A DNA stretch of 64,000 nt from an uncultured virus (IMG/VR IMGVR_UViG_3300042987_003191) (Duplodnaviria; Heunggongvirae; Uroviricota; Caudoviricetes): the IMG/VR virus record IMGVR_UViG_3300042987_003191. One strand, 5' to 3'. Position 1 is the stretch's first letter. Every line of letters starts with the position of its first letter. The translations under genes were made by a program, and so were the position numbers. This document shows positions 36,001 to 45,385 of this stretch, one piece after another. The notes under the pieces are model-generated. The model saw only the letters and a list, made by a program, of their open reading frames with translations. It was not told the DNA's origin and ran no database searches.

Positions 36001-38740
36001 AAACAGTAATAGCTCCAAGTTTTACAATTGGCTCAAATGACTCGTAAAATTTAGTAGTTGAAGTGGTTAGCGCATTCATTGCGCCTTGCAATGTATTTGC
36101 CGCACCTGCGGCACCCTTGCCAAATTTACTTTCCAAAACAATAGGAACATTGCTCATAACTTGTTCGAATGCCTTGCCGACAAACGCACCATCTTCCATT
36201 GCTTTCTTAAATGTGGCAATGTCCATTCGCGCGGCTTCTGCCATAATTGACAAAGCGCCTGGAATTACGTCGCCCAATTGACCGCTAACTTCTTCACTCA
36301 TCAATTGGCCTTTGCTGGCCATTTGAGAGAACGCATAAGTAACGCGATCAACCTTGTCAGCACTAAGGCCAAGAGTCGCAGACGCTTTTGTGATTCCAGT
36401 GAAAAGATTTTCTATTTGCTCTGAGCTAAATCCGGCGGGCGCCATGGATGCGTAAAGTCTTACGAAGCCTTGGCGAGCGCTATCAAGAGGAACGTTAAAG
36501 CGGTTGGCCAGACTTTCAACAAAGCCAAAAGCCCTGTCAGCATTTGCAGCGCTGCCTGTAATGGCAATCAATTGATTTTCAAATGTCTGCAAAGCTTTTG
36601 AAGCTTCAAAAGCCTGTCCTGGTATTGACGTGATAAAAGCAAGCGCCTTATAGGCAGTGCCAAACAGCAAGACTTGCTTAACTGCATTGCCAAACTCGTC
36701 GCCTAACTCTCTAATTGCTCCAGAAAGCGGAATTTTAGATTGACTTAGGAATTTATCTGCTCCACGAAGGCTATTAATTAAATCTCTTTGCGCTAAATAA
36801 TTTTCAGGGAGCTTTGTAGATGGCGCAAATGGGACAATTGCGCCTCCTCTTGAAAAAGGCTGTCCGCTTCCAGTAACGCGATCTCGTCCTCCTCCAGAAA
36901 CAAAAGCATCTCCCATAAAAGTGGTACCAGGCAGTGCTGACTGTCTTTCTGACATGACACTGACGCCACGTAATGCAGAACGTGCATAAGCTTCTGCAGT
37001 GCGACGAGCCATCATTTGCTCGCGGGATTCTCCGCCCATGACATATCGACTTGGTTCTCGACCAACGCCGGCAGGGAGTAAGCCAGCAACGCGAGCAGAG
37101 GGTAATGCACCCTGCATGGAAGCTCCAATGCCAATTTGCACTTGCCGAACATTCACACGAGCAGCAGCTAGTCGTAATGCTGTTTCGATTCGGCTTATTA
37201 GCGAATCAACTTCCTCCGCAATGCGTGATTGCTTAGTACGCGCTTCTGCGTCTTTTAACGCTTGCGCTAAATACGCAAAAGTATCAAGACCGTCCTTTAA
37301 TCCCGCTCCAGTTTCGAAAACGCTAACTTCTAATACAGTAAACATGCGACGCAGCGCATTATCTAGATTTTTTTGAAGTTCTGCATAGATGCGTTTTGTA
37401 TCAACCAACGCCCCTCCTCCAGGCGGCAACATTCTTGGCCCCTGTTGGGCGATAAGCGCTTCCACAATCGCCTGTGTTTGGCTTCGCCCAGACATTGACG
37501 GCAGCAGTCCCACTGGAGCCTGCGCAGCGCCAATCATTCCTGCTGGGCCAGCGCCAGCAGAAAGAGCGCGCCCAGTTGAAGAAGGGCCAATGGAAACAGG
37601 ACGAAAAGGTACAGTCGCGGGGAAATTAACACCAGGCAACGCTCTCCGCTGCGCCGCTTGCTGCCGCATAGAAGCGACATCCATGCCAAGCATGTTGAAT
37701 AAGCCACGCGCAAAAGTGTCAAGCACTTTATTAAGTCCGCTCCTATCGGGATTGCGCATTACAGCCTGAGGATCGAGATATTTAGTGATCATCTCGATGG
37801 AAGCCTCTGTGACAATCCTCTCGATCAGATTTTGAGTGTTCCTGAACTTACCAACGCCAGCCACTCCTAATTGTTTTCCAATGTCTTTGAGTTCCCCGAT
37901 ATCTCGTCCTTGAAGAGACTGCCTAAGACTTTCTCTGCGAGCGGGTTCAGTAACGCCTCCTCCCATGCGCTCAGCGCCCATTTGCTGAATGCGCTCCAAT
38001 CCGGCTAATACTTCTTTTTCAATCTGCGCTTTTGTTTTGCCTCCTCCAATGGTTTCTAGTTCCGCGTTAATTTTTACGGTGATTCCAGATAGTTTGCTTT
38101 CTACCGCTTTCTTGAATGCCTTTATATCGGCGCTTAAGATTGATGGCTTAATGCTTGTCTTTGCAAGCAATGGTTTCTGTCGATTGATGCTTTTCTGAAG
38201 AGCCTTAAGCAGGTCTTCAACTTTAGGCACATCCAGCTTCGTTGGAATTTCTAACGCGCCAATTTTGCTCAGCTTGTCTTTTACTGCTTTTTTGAAAACA
38301 GCAATATCCTCATTCGTAATCGAAGGCTTGACGCTAGTTTCAATACGCAGCTTACCACCGCCTTGCTTAATTTGCTGATTTTGAGCAAGTCTTTCCTTGA
38401 TAGACGCAACAACTTTATCGACGTCCTTGCCAGTAGCGCCATTTTTAATGTTTACGGGAATTTCAACTTTCTTTGTTTTACTTAATGCCTCAAGTCGTCC
38501 TTGAATACGTTCAAGTTGATCTTTAGTTAATCCTCCCAGAAGGTTAAGCTCAATATTGATTTTCTTTTTTCCTAATGCGCGTTCTAAATTGCGCAGCTCT
38601 TTAGTAATAACAGAACGATCAAATTTGACATTGATGGGCATGTTGTAGCCCGCTGCCGCCTGCCCAAGCCCTGCTAATTGCTGCCTAAAAAATCCCAGGT
38701 CAAGACTTACCTTCAGCTTCAATTCGGCGTCTTGAGCCAT
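33014..38740 (-). CDS. tape measure protein
   Basis: 1908 aa; tape-measure domain (AFSQMASKGQLMSEEV.GQLGD..PGA) and C-terminal FA.GG...GE...EAIVPL. Confidence 0.93.
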   Translation of the reverse strand: MAQDAELKLKVSLDLGFFRQQLAGLGQAAAGYNMPINVKFDRSVITKELRNLERALGKKKINIELNLLGGLTKDQLERIQGRLEALSKTKKVEIPVNIKNGATGKDVDKVVASIKERLAQNQQIKQGGGKLRIETSVKPSITNEDIAVFKKAVKDKLSKIGALEIPTKLDVPKVEDLLKALQKSINRQKPLLAKTSIKPSILSADIKAFKKAVESKLSGITVKINAELETIGGGKTKAQIEKEVLAGLERIQQMGAERMGGGVTEPARRESLRQSLQGRDIGELKDIGKQLGVAGVGKFRNTQNLIERIVTEASIEMITKYLDPQAVMRNPDRSGLNKVLDTFARGLFNMLGMDVASMRQQAAQRRALPGVNFPATVPFRPVSIGPSSTGRALSAGAGPAGMIGAAQAPVGLLPSMSGRSQTQAIVEALIAQQGPRMLPPGGGALVDTKRIYAELQKNLDNALRRMFTVLEVSVFETGAGLKDGLDTFAYLAQALKDAEARTKQSRIAEEVDSLISRIETALRLAAARVNVRQVQIGIGASMQGALPSARVAGLLPAGVGREPSRYVMGGESREQMMARRTAEAYARSALRGVSVMSERQSALPGTTFMGDAFVSGGGRDRVTGSGQPFSRGGAIVPFAPSTKLPENYLAQRDLINSLRGADKFLSQSKIPLSGAIRELGDEFGNAVKQVLLFGTAYKALAFITSIPGQAFEASKALQTFENQLIAITGSAANADRAFGFVESLANRFNVPLDSARQGFVRLYASMAPAGFSSEQIENLFTGITKASATLGLSADKVDRVTYAFSQMASKGQLMSEEVSGQLGDVIPGALSIMAEAARMDIATFKKAMEDGAFVGKAFEQVMSNVPIVLESKFGKGAAGAANTLQGAMNALTTSTTKFYESFEPIVKLGAITVFPVLTETLKQATAAIKAFSSAMEGNEGAANMLTGGARNVYDILLQLKEIFSALAITVKNLAPTFAILGQSILQVLNQVSKFVNTPLGGFIANVVVQAALLTSGLQLLAKLGFGQAIAALINFAFNTKAAVYQMQELIKTSALAKFGLISLGASVVITSIFSVVNALNAVYEKMLDIQRGAKGAAQSIASMSQTEATVKARSIEGQIALLQRFYGQAKKFGDLPVEASAAEVTAMAAAGGTPGQAFTGPLVDQKTGAYGRGTITPTMVPAAIQALEGQLAAARKQAEPVTVQTAELGDVEIEAGKEKNEKKKKLVSELAKIYKQELDNYLVYIDMDTNISDRQKELQKAAISWQYEHAIAKEEYNEKIKEQNTKDIANLAEYLAEQKRLFKLEQDQIDARYQAIVTKPLREMLGEDRKAQIQLQASIASLASGKEEMTRVEQRESEIKQALLGLNDKQKEALAPLIKLVLSEARAVDELTTKQKEQNDAIRERQELQKRVKDTLSNLRNEIELLRGITEEEQKRLKIAQEFKGASNEELNRIYDLEKVRDNIKAVRETIDSFVTDTSSDYKGFLKEVISGEDAVESLKKFQEGLKDRVLTIFLDFAMAPVEKFFKEGLSQFAIENFFPKGAAENMPEGTKPSTTPVEAQDKNTEETRLNTEAVKANTAALTGTGGAAPAPGQTTAAGTSGGFLTGTAALQTLPFNGQTGGMLQNLPFTSGDTGFLSAIGINGEGLSASISESANAYSEQLSKVDNSVFESANALGTAGTELGKEGAAGKKWHESLGQAVGGLGMAAGAVMGIVAGINQIKEGGTSNVLGGIGMIASMAGSLLGSFGGLFGGGGGASSIVQGTDIPIAQMPAGMQFANGGVAFGGFRAFANGGTVSGPTLGLVGEGKYNEAIVPLPDGRSIPVQLGGRSARDLMGNGAPGMPQAPSLSMKFETTKINGVEYVSREQLEQAMAETRRASIAGGAQRGMSMTLDKIKQSPSTRSSIGIR

Positions 38741-38774
38741 CTGTCTTTACGTCTACATTCCCTTCATTCTATAA

Positions 38775-39241
38775 TCATTGTTCTTGGTTGCGCCCAGCAA
38801 AAGCCTTCATTTCATCGGCAAGCAATGCAATAACACGCCCGTCCATTCTTCTTGTCTTCATTAAACGCTGCAGAACAATCAAGCTTGCGTCCGTCACGCC
38901 ATCTTCTTTCTTAAGTTGTTTGGTATCAAACGGCAAGAAATCCTCAGGCTTTACTTTGCTCTTTCTTCCCGCCATCATCCCTGCTGCCATAGTGCCAAGC
39001 TTGGCCACGGCAACACTTGCGACATTGTATTTTGCAATGTCATGACGGTCAAGATATTTCAGCGCACGCTTAACGTCATCAAGCTTCTGGAGGCCAAAAT
39101 TTTTGGCGCTCCATCGCTCGTCATTGAAGTCAGAAGCTGAGAGCCTGAAATAGATTTCGTTCCAATCTGTCAAGCTCTTAAGCTGCTTCCTGGCTTGCGC
39201 TTCAAGCCTTTCTGCTACTGAGGGCCATTCCTCTTCGCTGC
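38775..39241 (-). CDS. tail assembly chaperone, -1 frameshift extension (T-like)
   Basis: -1 frame is open from the slippery site at 39242-39248 through LTDWNEIYFRL to the stop at 38775. Confidence 0.8.
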
Positions 39242-39748
39242 CTTTTTTGCTTCTACAGCCTCCTGCGTCTCAGCATTTTGCTCTTCAGCAATAAATTCAA
39301 CCACTTTTGCAATGGCTTTACGCGGAAGATTCTTGGTGTCTTCAATCTCCCAATCGCCAAGGTCCTGCCATTCGCCGTCAATGAGACCCTGCCCACGAGA
39401 GCGAATGAAGGCAGTGACCATGCGGGCATTAGTGGCTTCCACCGATGATCCGCTGGTGATCATGCTCAGCGTCTCCTCTGTGAACTCAGAGAGCAGCTCA
39501 GCTTCTGAAATGGAGCCACCGCCCTGTAGCAGTGCAAAGGCCTCGTCAAGAGGAATCTCACGCGAGGCAGCAATGCGCTTTGCGAGCTGAACGGCACGAA
39601 TGGTAGCTTGGCTTTGCAGCTTGCTGATCTCCTCCTGCTCAATGGATTCAGCAACAAGCCAACTGCCATATTTCTTCAGACGAATTTCAGGCAGCAGCTC
39701 GAAATAGCCTTCAGTCTTGGTTTGAACTAGGAAGCTGTATTTGCTCAT
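39215..39748 (-). CDS. tail assembly chaperone (G-like)
   Basis: Upstream of the tape measure gene; ends ..EAKK (GCA AAA AAG). Confidence 0.8.
   Translation of the reverse strand: MSKYSFLVQTKTEGYFELLPEIRLKKYGSWLVAESIEQEEISKLQSQATIRAVQLAKRIAASREIPLDEAFALLQGGGSISEAELLSEFTEETLSMITSGSSVEATNARMVTAFIRSRGQGLIDGEWQDLGDWEIEDTKNLPRKAIAKVVEFIAEEQNAETQEAVEAKKAAKRNGPQ
39242..39264 (-). promoter_or_regulatory. -1 frameshift site with upstream SD-like stimulator
   Basis: AGGAGG-10 nt-A_AAA_AAG, the dnaX-type arrangement. Confidence 0.8.
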
Positions 39749-39974
39749 GATCGAGAATGTTTAACAATGCGTTGAACACCTTCACTCGCTCGTGAGAAGA
39801 GCGAAATTCTGGTGGTACTTCAATCAGCATTGAATGATTTTCGTTGCTTATTCTAATGGTCGTTTCCCTACAAGAAACAAGACAAAGGATGCCTACTTCC
39901 AAGGCGGCGCCGTCAATTAAGCAATTAATGGCATGCACCGTATTGTCAGCGCTCCATAAATAGTCAATTTTCAT
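39711..39974 (-). CDS. hypothetical protein
   Basis: 87-aa ORF coupled within the tail operon. Confidence 0.55.
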   Translation of the reverse strand: MKIDYLWSADNTVHAINCLIDGAALEVGILCLVSCRETTIRISNENHSMLIEVPPEFRSSHERVKVFNALLNILDHEQIQLPSSNQD

Positions 39975-40432
39975 CGTCCCATTGCAGAACGAATGCGTTG
40001 TAAAAGCTGCTGCTTAATAGCGCTTTGCTCAAACCGGCTTGGAATGGCAACATCTTGAGTCCATGGCCTGGCAAATGGCACGTTCGTTCCTCTCAATGCG
40101 TCGTGTACATATCGAGCATAAGGCTGGCCACTGCTATTGGTGGCGTCCCAATTCCAAGTGGCCTCAGCGCCAGATGACGATAAAGACACGTCAAAACTGT
40201 CTCTTCCACTCTTGTAAAGATCGCCAAGATCATAAATATCACGAACGCCTGCATTGACAAAGTCTCCATTCTTCCTCTTCGTATCTCTGCCGTAATCCCA
40301 TTTCTCCTCAAAGAATTGATCGCGAAAGTGATCATTCACATCAAAGCGTGTCCAAGTTTCAAAAGCTTTTGCAAGCTTATTGACGAGGTCTTCAGGATTA
40401 ACAAAACTACCGCCAGTGATAATTGCCGACAT
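39971..40432 (-). CDS. tail completion / neck protein (HK97 gp10-like)
   Basis: RDIYDLG.L..S...YARYVH......ARPW motif. Confidence 0.7.
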   Translation of the reverse strand: MSAIITGGSFVNPEDLVNKLAKAFETWTRFDVNDHFRDQFFEEKWDYGRDTKRKNGDFVNAGVRDIYDLGDLYKSGRDSFDVSLSSSGAEATWNWDATNSSGQPYARYVHDALRGTNVPFARPWTQDVAIPSRFEQSAIKQQLLQRIRSAMGR

Positions 40433-40842
40433 TAGCCTGCTGGATACAATTGTTTAACAATGCGATCAGGAATGATAAATTTGCATTGCTCGTAGGCAAT
40501 ATCATCGCCAGGAAAATATGACGGAGTGCAATCAGGAAATCTCCTAACCATTCTTTCCATTGCTTCGTTTAACGTGGCACTGCTTGGCGTAAACTGGGCC
40601 AGTCTCACTTCCCACAATTGATTAACTTGCACCATTCCCACCATGGCGCGAGGTAGCCGATTCGGAAATTCCCGCATGGTCACTTCTAGCCCTTTCACTT
40701 TCCATTCCTTTGGCACGCTTTGCCTGCCCACTACATACACAGCAGGAAGCGTTGAATTATTTGGCAATGTATAAGTGCCAATAAGATTAGGCGATGCAGA
40801 AAGCAGCTCAGTAACTGTCTCGCGCAGTTGTGAAATGTTCAT
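40432..40842 (-). CDS. probable tail terminator protein
   Basis: Size and position next to the major tail gene. Confidence 0.55.
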   Translation of the reverse strand: MNISQLRETVTELLSASPNLIGTYTLPNNSTLPAVYVVGRQSVPKEWKVKGLEVTMREFPNRLPRAMVGMVQVNQLWEVRLAQFTPSSATLNEAMERMVRRFPDCTPSYFPGDDIAYEQCKFIIPDRIVKQLYPAG

Positions 40843-40843
40843 T

Positions 40844-40871
40844 AAAAAGCCTGTTCCCGTAGGAACAGGCT
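40844..40871 (-). terminator. intrinsic terminator after the major tail gene
   Basis: AGCCTGTTCC-tacg-GGAACAGGCT-TTTT. Confidence 0.75.
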
Positions 40872-40892
40872 AGCGAAGATTCAATAAAAGAA

Positions 40893-41471
40893 TCAGGAAT
40901 TAGGAGCGGTGGGGATGATGCTGCCAGTTTCGGAAGCATTCTGGTGAATACCAATGCGGCCACGGCTGGTCAGATCAAATGTCACTTCCACGAGGTTATC
41001 AGCAGGATAGCTCTCGTTGTAGTTCATCACGCAAGCAACAAATGCCACGCGATCGTAATAGTAAGTGTTGCCCGAAGCGCCAAGCTGCTTGTTGATTTCC
41101 ACATACACTTCGTGGTTCTTGTCGTAACGGCTAGCGCTTACCACTTGGAAAGCTTCGTCAAAGCTGTTCGGCAGGAACACGGTGCCATCAACATCCTTCT
41201 GGAAGTAGGAAGTGATCGAGGCAGTAGCTTGGCTGGTAGTGATCACGCTATCAGCGAAACCGCCACCACCCAGCAGGTAGAATTCTTGGTTGCCATCGTT
41301 GAAGGCAACAGAAGCAGTGGTAGCTGCTTGCAGAGTGTAGAGAGTGGGAGCGCCGCTAACAGTGAAAGTAGCGCCGCTTTGAGTGATAACAGGACGAGAA
41401 GTGCCGCCAATGGAGCCCACGCGGACAATCACGTCCTGGCTCTTCACTAGCTCAGTGGGATGGTAGAGCAT
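40893..41471 (-). CDS. major tail tube protein
   Basis: 192 aa beta-rich; PADNLVEVTFDL..RG; strongly biased codons; own terminator. Confidence 0.75.
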   Translation of the reverse strand: MLYHPTELVKSQDVIVRVGSIGGTSRPVITQSGATFTVSGAPTLYTLQAATTASVAFNDGNQEFYLLGGGGFADSVITTSQATASITSYFQKDVDGTVFLPNSFDEAFQVVSASRYDKNHEVYVEINKQLGASGNTYYYDRVAFVACVMNYNESYPADNLVEVTFDLTSRGRIGIHQNASETGSIIPTAPNS

Positions 41472-41498
41472 GAGAAATTCCTCAATGGGAGAAGAGAA

Positions 41499-41888
41499 TT
41501 AAGCGTTGTCCACGCTTCCTTTGCCAATCAGTCTAAAAATTCCCCTGACTGGTGTGCCTAAGAATTGCCAATAGTGAATAGCAATTTGTTCATTCGGCAA
41601 TAGTTCAAACCTTCCTTCCCTTCCATTGATAGTAGCCCTAGCGGAATCTCCAACGGTTACGCCAGACAAAGTAAGAGGACTGGTCATCCTGCCTTCCATG
41701 TAGACGGCAGTCAGATCAGCCCCCAGTAGTTGGTCGTACCGTGGATTTTGCTTCTGCTTCAACGTGGCATAGAAAGTAATACCAGTAGCCGCAGGCACGT
41801 AGTTGCCAGTTTCATTGTCAAGCACATAGCCCGAAGCCACATTAAACACCAAAGTGGCATTTGCAAGTGGCTCCAAGAAATTGCTCAC
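41499..41888 (-). CDS. head closure protein
   Basis: Size and position after the adaptor gene; D.ETGNYV motif. Confidence 0.55.
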   Translation of the reverse strand: MSNFLEPLANATLVFNVASGYVLDNETGNYVPAATGITFYATLKQKQNPRYDQLLGADLTAVYMEGRMTSPLTLSGVTVGDSARATINGREGRFELLPNEQIAIHYWQFLGTPVRGIFRLIGKGSVDNA

Positions 41889-42196
41889 ACCACAAACCCA
41901 ACAGAAGAAAGAGGAAGATTGTTGGTCATTCGTTTAAACTCCTGACCATATTGAGTGGCGTCAAGCCCCTCGCCATATACCTTGCCATCAGTGGCACCAA
42001 TTTGAATGCCCATTTGAGCAAGTTGAATGGCAATGATATGAGCAGCAAGGAATTTGACTGCTCTATCAGTTTGATCCCCAAACACATCGCTAGAAGCATC
42101 GTAAGAAGCTTCTGCAATGGCACCATTGACAATGCCAGAAGGATGTGGACTGAATTCAGGGAAGCGCTCAAGAAAGCTTGCGTAGGTAACTGCCAT
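41885..42196 (-). CDS. head-tail adaptor (DUF4054-like)
   Basis: F..RFPEF...AAH......T.YGQEF. Confidence 0.8.
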   Translation of the reverse strand: MAVTYASFLERFPEFSPHPSGIVNGAIAEASYDASSDVFGDQTDRAVKFLAAHIIAIQLAQMGIQIGATDGKVYGEGLDATQYGQEFKRMTNNLPLSSVGFVV

Positions 42197-42198
42197 AA

Positions 42199-42585
42199 TC
42201 AGGCTTTCCCAATGCGAATGGCTTCAACGCGCTTTGCAATGGCATTCCTTACGCGAATGCGCCCTTCGATCTTCTTCCAATCTGCCAGACGATCTGGATC
42301 ATGGATGAGTTCAATGGCGCGAATGGCTTGCGTAAGGGGAAGTTCGCTAAGGCTTTGAACATTTTCAGGCAGGTCTTCTACCATCACTTGTTCTTTCATT
42401 TCTTCAATGGCACCAATAGCAAGAAGCTTTTTAACAGTGCCGTTCTCCTTCGCTTCCTTCCATTTTTCATCAGGAATTTCCTGATTAAGACCAGGCGTCA
42501 GTTGAATGAGCCCGCTCTTGGTAATAATGCCAAACCCTGCATCGCGAGGGGGATTTTCAAGTTCGGGACGATAAGCAATCAGCAT
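42199..42585 (-). CDS. hypothetical head-module protein
   Basis: Follows the capsid gene; L.PG.N...W and E.R..VR.AI.KR pattern. Confidence 0.65.
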   Translation of the reverse strand: MLIAYRPELENPPRDAGFGIITKSGLIQLTPGLNQEIPDEKWKEAKENGTVKKLLAIGAIEEMKEQVMVEDLPENVQSLSELPLTQAIRAIELIHDPDRLADWKKIEGRIRVRNAIAKRVEAIRIGKA

Positions 42586-42641
42586 TGTTCAAGAAAAACA
42601 ATTGCTAATAGCTTAACGCCCCTCTTCTTGATTAACTATCC

Positions 42642-43550
42642 TCAGGCAGAGGCCTGCACGTAGATCATGCTCTTGGGATAGTACAGAGCAACGCCACCCA
42701 CGCGGGCATGAGCAGGAACGATGAATTCCAGACCACGCTGCTGGGGCGGGAACAGCTCAAGAGGCTGAGGAATGTGCAGTTGCACCTTCTCAGGATCACG
42801 CTTGTACACAACCATGCGGTCGGTGTTCAGCACGCTGTTGTCAGCTTCCAACTGGTTGATGGGCTCAACGTTGCGGATGTAGGGGTTGGTACGCAGGAAG
42901 TACTCAAGCACGGTCACGTCCGAAGAGTCGGAGTTACGAGTGGTGCTAATCTTGTTGTAGTCCGCGTACGACAGCAGAATGGTGTCGGGCTGCTCCTTCA
43001 TCTTCGAGCCGTTGATGATGGCAGTCACGCCATAGTTCAGCAGCTCCAGCATTTCCTGGGCAGTGGTGCCGGCAGTGGTGAACCACTTGTCAGCAGCAAC
43101 AACGTCAACAGTGGAGTTATTGAAGAAACCAGCGAGACCCACAGAGCTTTCGCCAAAGAAAGCCAGACTCTCCACTTTCTCTTCATAGGCACGACGCACA
43201 GCAGCAGCACGACGCTGCTCCAGGGCAATGTTGGCCATTTGAGCAGCACGCAGTTCCTGCACGGTGTAGCCAAAGCTGCCACCAAAGGAACGGATGTTGA
43301 TGCTCTTCTCCACTTGGCTGATGTCAGCACGGGGCAGATCATCAGCAGCGTCCGCAATCAGACGGAACTCACCAGTGGAGTCCATGATGCGATAGGTGAA
43401 GGTCTGGGCGCCAGGACCAGCTTCAGCAGTAACGGGCAGCACAGTGGGATATTTAATATCCGCATACTGCACTTCAAAAACTTGGGGGCGAATGTACTCA
43501 AGCTGACGCTCAAGGAACAGGCCCGCATCATCCATACGGAATTCAGACAT
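42642..43550 (-). CDS. major capsid protein (DUF2184 family)
   Basis: FLERQLEYI, ADDLPRAD, YTVQELRAA, AR.GGV..YYP; start MSEFRMDD. Confidence 0.92.
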   Translation of the reverse strand: MSEFRMDDAGLFLERQLEYIRPQVFEVQYADIKYPTVLPVTAEAGPGAQTFTYRIMDSTGEFRLIADAADDLPRADISQVEKSINIRSFGGSFGYTVQELRAAQMANIALEQRRAAAVRRAYEEKVESLAFFGESSVGLAGFFNNSTVDVVAADKWFTTAGTTAQEMLELLNYGVTAIINGSKMKEQPDTILLSYADYNKISTTRNSDSSDVTVLEYFLRTNPYIRNVEPINQLEADNSVLNTDRMVVYKRDPEKVQLHIPQPLELFPPQQRGLEFIVPAHARVGGVALYYPKSMIYVQASA

Positions 43551-43566
43551 TTTTAAGAGCCTCCTA

Positions 43567-44127
43567 TCAAGAATCAGCAGAGAGGGTGAAGCTCGGACCA
43601 TTCAGCTCCAGAACAGCGAGACCGCTGCCAGTCGTGGAGGTAAGGAAACGAGCGTTTGCGAGGCGAACAGTTTTGCCCGATGCGAAAGCATGGGAGAACT
43701 GACCAACCTTGCCAGTGCCGCTAGCGGAATACAGCACGCGCACGGGAGATGCGGGAGTAACAGCGCCAGTCACATAAACAGCAACTGCACCTTCATTGGC
43801 CACGTTCATGGCTTGCTGGTTCTTCACGCCAGGACGGCTATTTGCATCCAGAGCGGTTTCATCAACATAGGTGAGGACGTTAACGCCCAGCACAGTGTCA
43901 GAAGCGCCAGAGATGGTAGTAGCAGAATTAGCAACGGTACCAGCAGTGTTGTAAACGACAAGATTGCCGAACGGAATAACAGCGCCGGTCTCGTTGAGCC
44001 GAGTGGTGATAGTGTTGTCGCGGATGTCAGACAGTTGACCTTCCAGCAGTGCATTGTGCTGCAGGCTATAAGCCTGTTGCACGCCGCCAGCGGAGGCAGT
44101 GCCCGAAGCAGAGAAAGTTACGGCCAT
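43567..44127 (-). CDS. capsid decoration/cement protein
   Basis: IPFG..V, G.V.V, A.F.TS......A..EL; directly upstream of the capsid gene. Confidence 0.8.
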   Translation of the reverse strand: MAVTFSASGTASAGGVQQAYSLQHNALLEGQLSDIRDNTITTRLNETGAVIPFGNLVVYNTAGTVANSATTISGASDTVLGVNVLTYVDETALDANSRPGVKNQQAMNVANEGAVAVYVTGAVTPASPVRVLYSASGTGKVGQFSHAFASGKTVRLANARFLTSTTGSGLAVLELNGPSFTLSADS

Positions 44128-44129
44128 AA

Positions 44130-45323
44130 TTACTTAGCCTCCTTGGAGATGGAAAGGGGCTTCTTCCAAGCATTCTGCAGCATGTCCATATAAGACGAAG
44201 GTGCAGACTTGGGAGAAGCAATGGAAGCTACGGCTTTACGCAGCTCGTCAGTGGTGACAGAATCTTTGCGGCCCTCAGAGAGAGTATCAAACATTGCCTG
44301 CACGTAGTCGTCGCTCTTCTCAGAAAGATCAAGCTCATCGCCACGCACTGCTTTGATGGAATCAACCATCACTTCACGGGCAGTTTTGCCAGCGAAAGCA
44401 TAAGCAGCATCGAGAACAGGCTTAGCCTTCTCGATGAGAGCCACACGCTCTTCTACCATGGAATCAAGATTGATCTCCTTGGCGGCAGCCAGTTCGGCAG
44501 TCAGTTCTTCAACTTGTTCTGCCAGGGCATCGGCACGACCCTCAGCGGAATCGCACTTGCCCTTCATTTCCTTTTCCATGGCGTCCATCTCAGACTTAAG
44601 CTTTTCAGCCTGTGCCATGGCATCTTCATATTGACGCTTCATATCGGCATAGCTACCTTTCGCGTCTTCACGCTCGGCAGCGATAGCAGCAGCAAGAGCT
44701 GCATCAGCCTCATACGAAACGCCGTCAAACGCAATGTTGGCGGTCATTTTTACTCCTGTAGAGGATAGAAGGTCTTCGACAGCGGCATCCGCTGAATCAA
44801 GCATGAGACGCACTTGCGCCCCACCTCTAGCCCTGTTGACAATAGCAACGTGATTACCACGAATGTTACGCTGAATGCCATCGTAATGCTGGCCATCAGG
44901 AGTAATCCCTGGTTCGGGGCTATAGTCTACCCTGTAACCACACGACACTTCACGCACGTCTCCGCGCATAATTGAGTCGATGGTCTCTTTGTCAGTGACA
45001 GTCAGGGTGCTTTCAACAAAGCCATCGGAGTAGGAGACATCCGCGCTGGTAAAACCAACTGCGTAGTCTTTTGTGTTCAATGCGTCAAGAAGCACCGGAG
45101 GATGTTCTTTAGTGACACATTTCTCCCGAAAACTGTCTAGCGCCTCAACGGCAGCCACTTCCTCTTCGGGCCTGTACTCCAAGCGGACGCCTCCGTTCGC
45201 GTCCGTATAAGACTGAATACCAGTGCGAGCTATCCGCGCTTTAACGCGCAGATAGCCCTCATCCGTGAACGTGTAGTTCTGGATGGTGGAAACGTCGTAA
45301 CGGAAGCCGTTTAAGGTGTCCAT
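44130..45323 (-). CDS. prohead protease/scaffold (DUF2213)
   Basis: EGYL....IARTGIQ.Y, RP.EEV, HPP, EVSCGY, Q.NI.GNHVAIV.RARGG; coiled-coil C-terminus. Confidence 0.92.
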   Translation of the reverse strand: MDTLNGFRYDVSTIQNYTFTDEGYLRVKARIARTGIQSYTDANGGVRLEYRPEEEVAAVEALDSFREKCVTKEHPPVLLDALNTKDYAVGFTSADVSYSDGFVESTLTVTDKETIDSIMRGDVREVSCGYRVDYSPEPGITPDGQHYDGIQRNIRGNHVAIVNRARGGAQVRLMLDSADAAVEDLLSSTGVKMTANIAFDGVSYEADAALAAAIAAEREDAKGSYADMKRQYEDAMAQAEKLKSEMDAMEKEMKGKCDSAEGRADALAEQVEELTAELAAAKEINLDSMVEERVALIEKAKPVLDAAYAFAGKTAREVMVDSIKAVRGDELDLSEKSDDYVQAMFDTLSEGRKDSVTTDELRKAVASIASPKSAPSSYMDMLQNAWKKPLSISKEAK

Positions 45324-45385
45324 GTATTCACTTTACCAATAAATGTCATTTATAATTTATACAACTATTCAGAACTGACTAGAAA

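Noticed and set aside
38564..38570. In-frame A_AAA_AAG near the start of the tape measure gene
   Set aside because: The -1 frame stops after about four codons and only a weak hairpin follows.
42642..43550. Encapsulin or bacteriocin interpretation of the DUF2184 protein
   Set aside because: It lies in a complete head-tail operon, so it is the phage capsid protein.
42708..43556. 282-aa plus-strand ORF
   Set aside because: Antisense shadow of the codon-biased major capsid gene.
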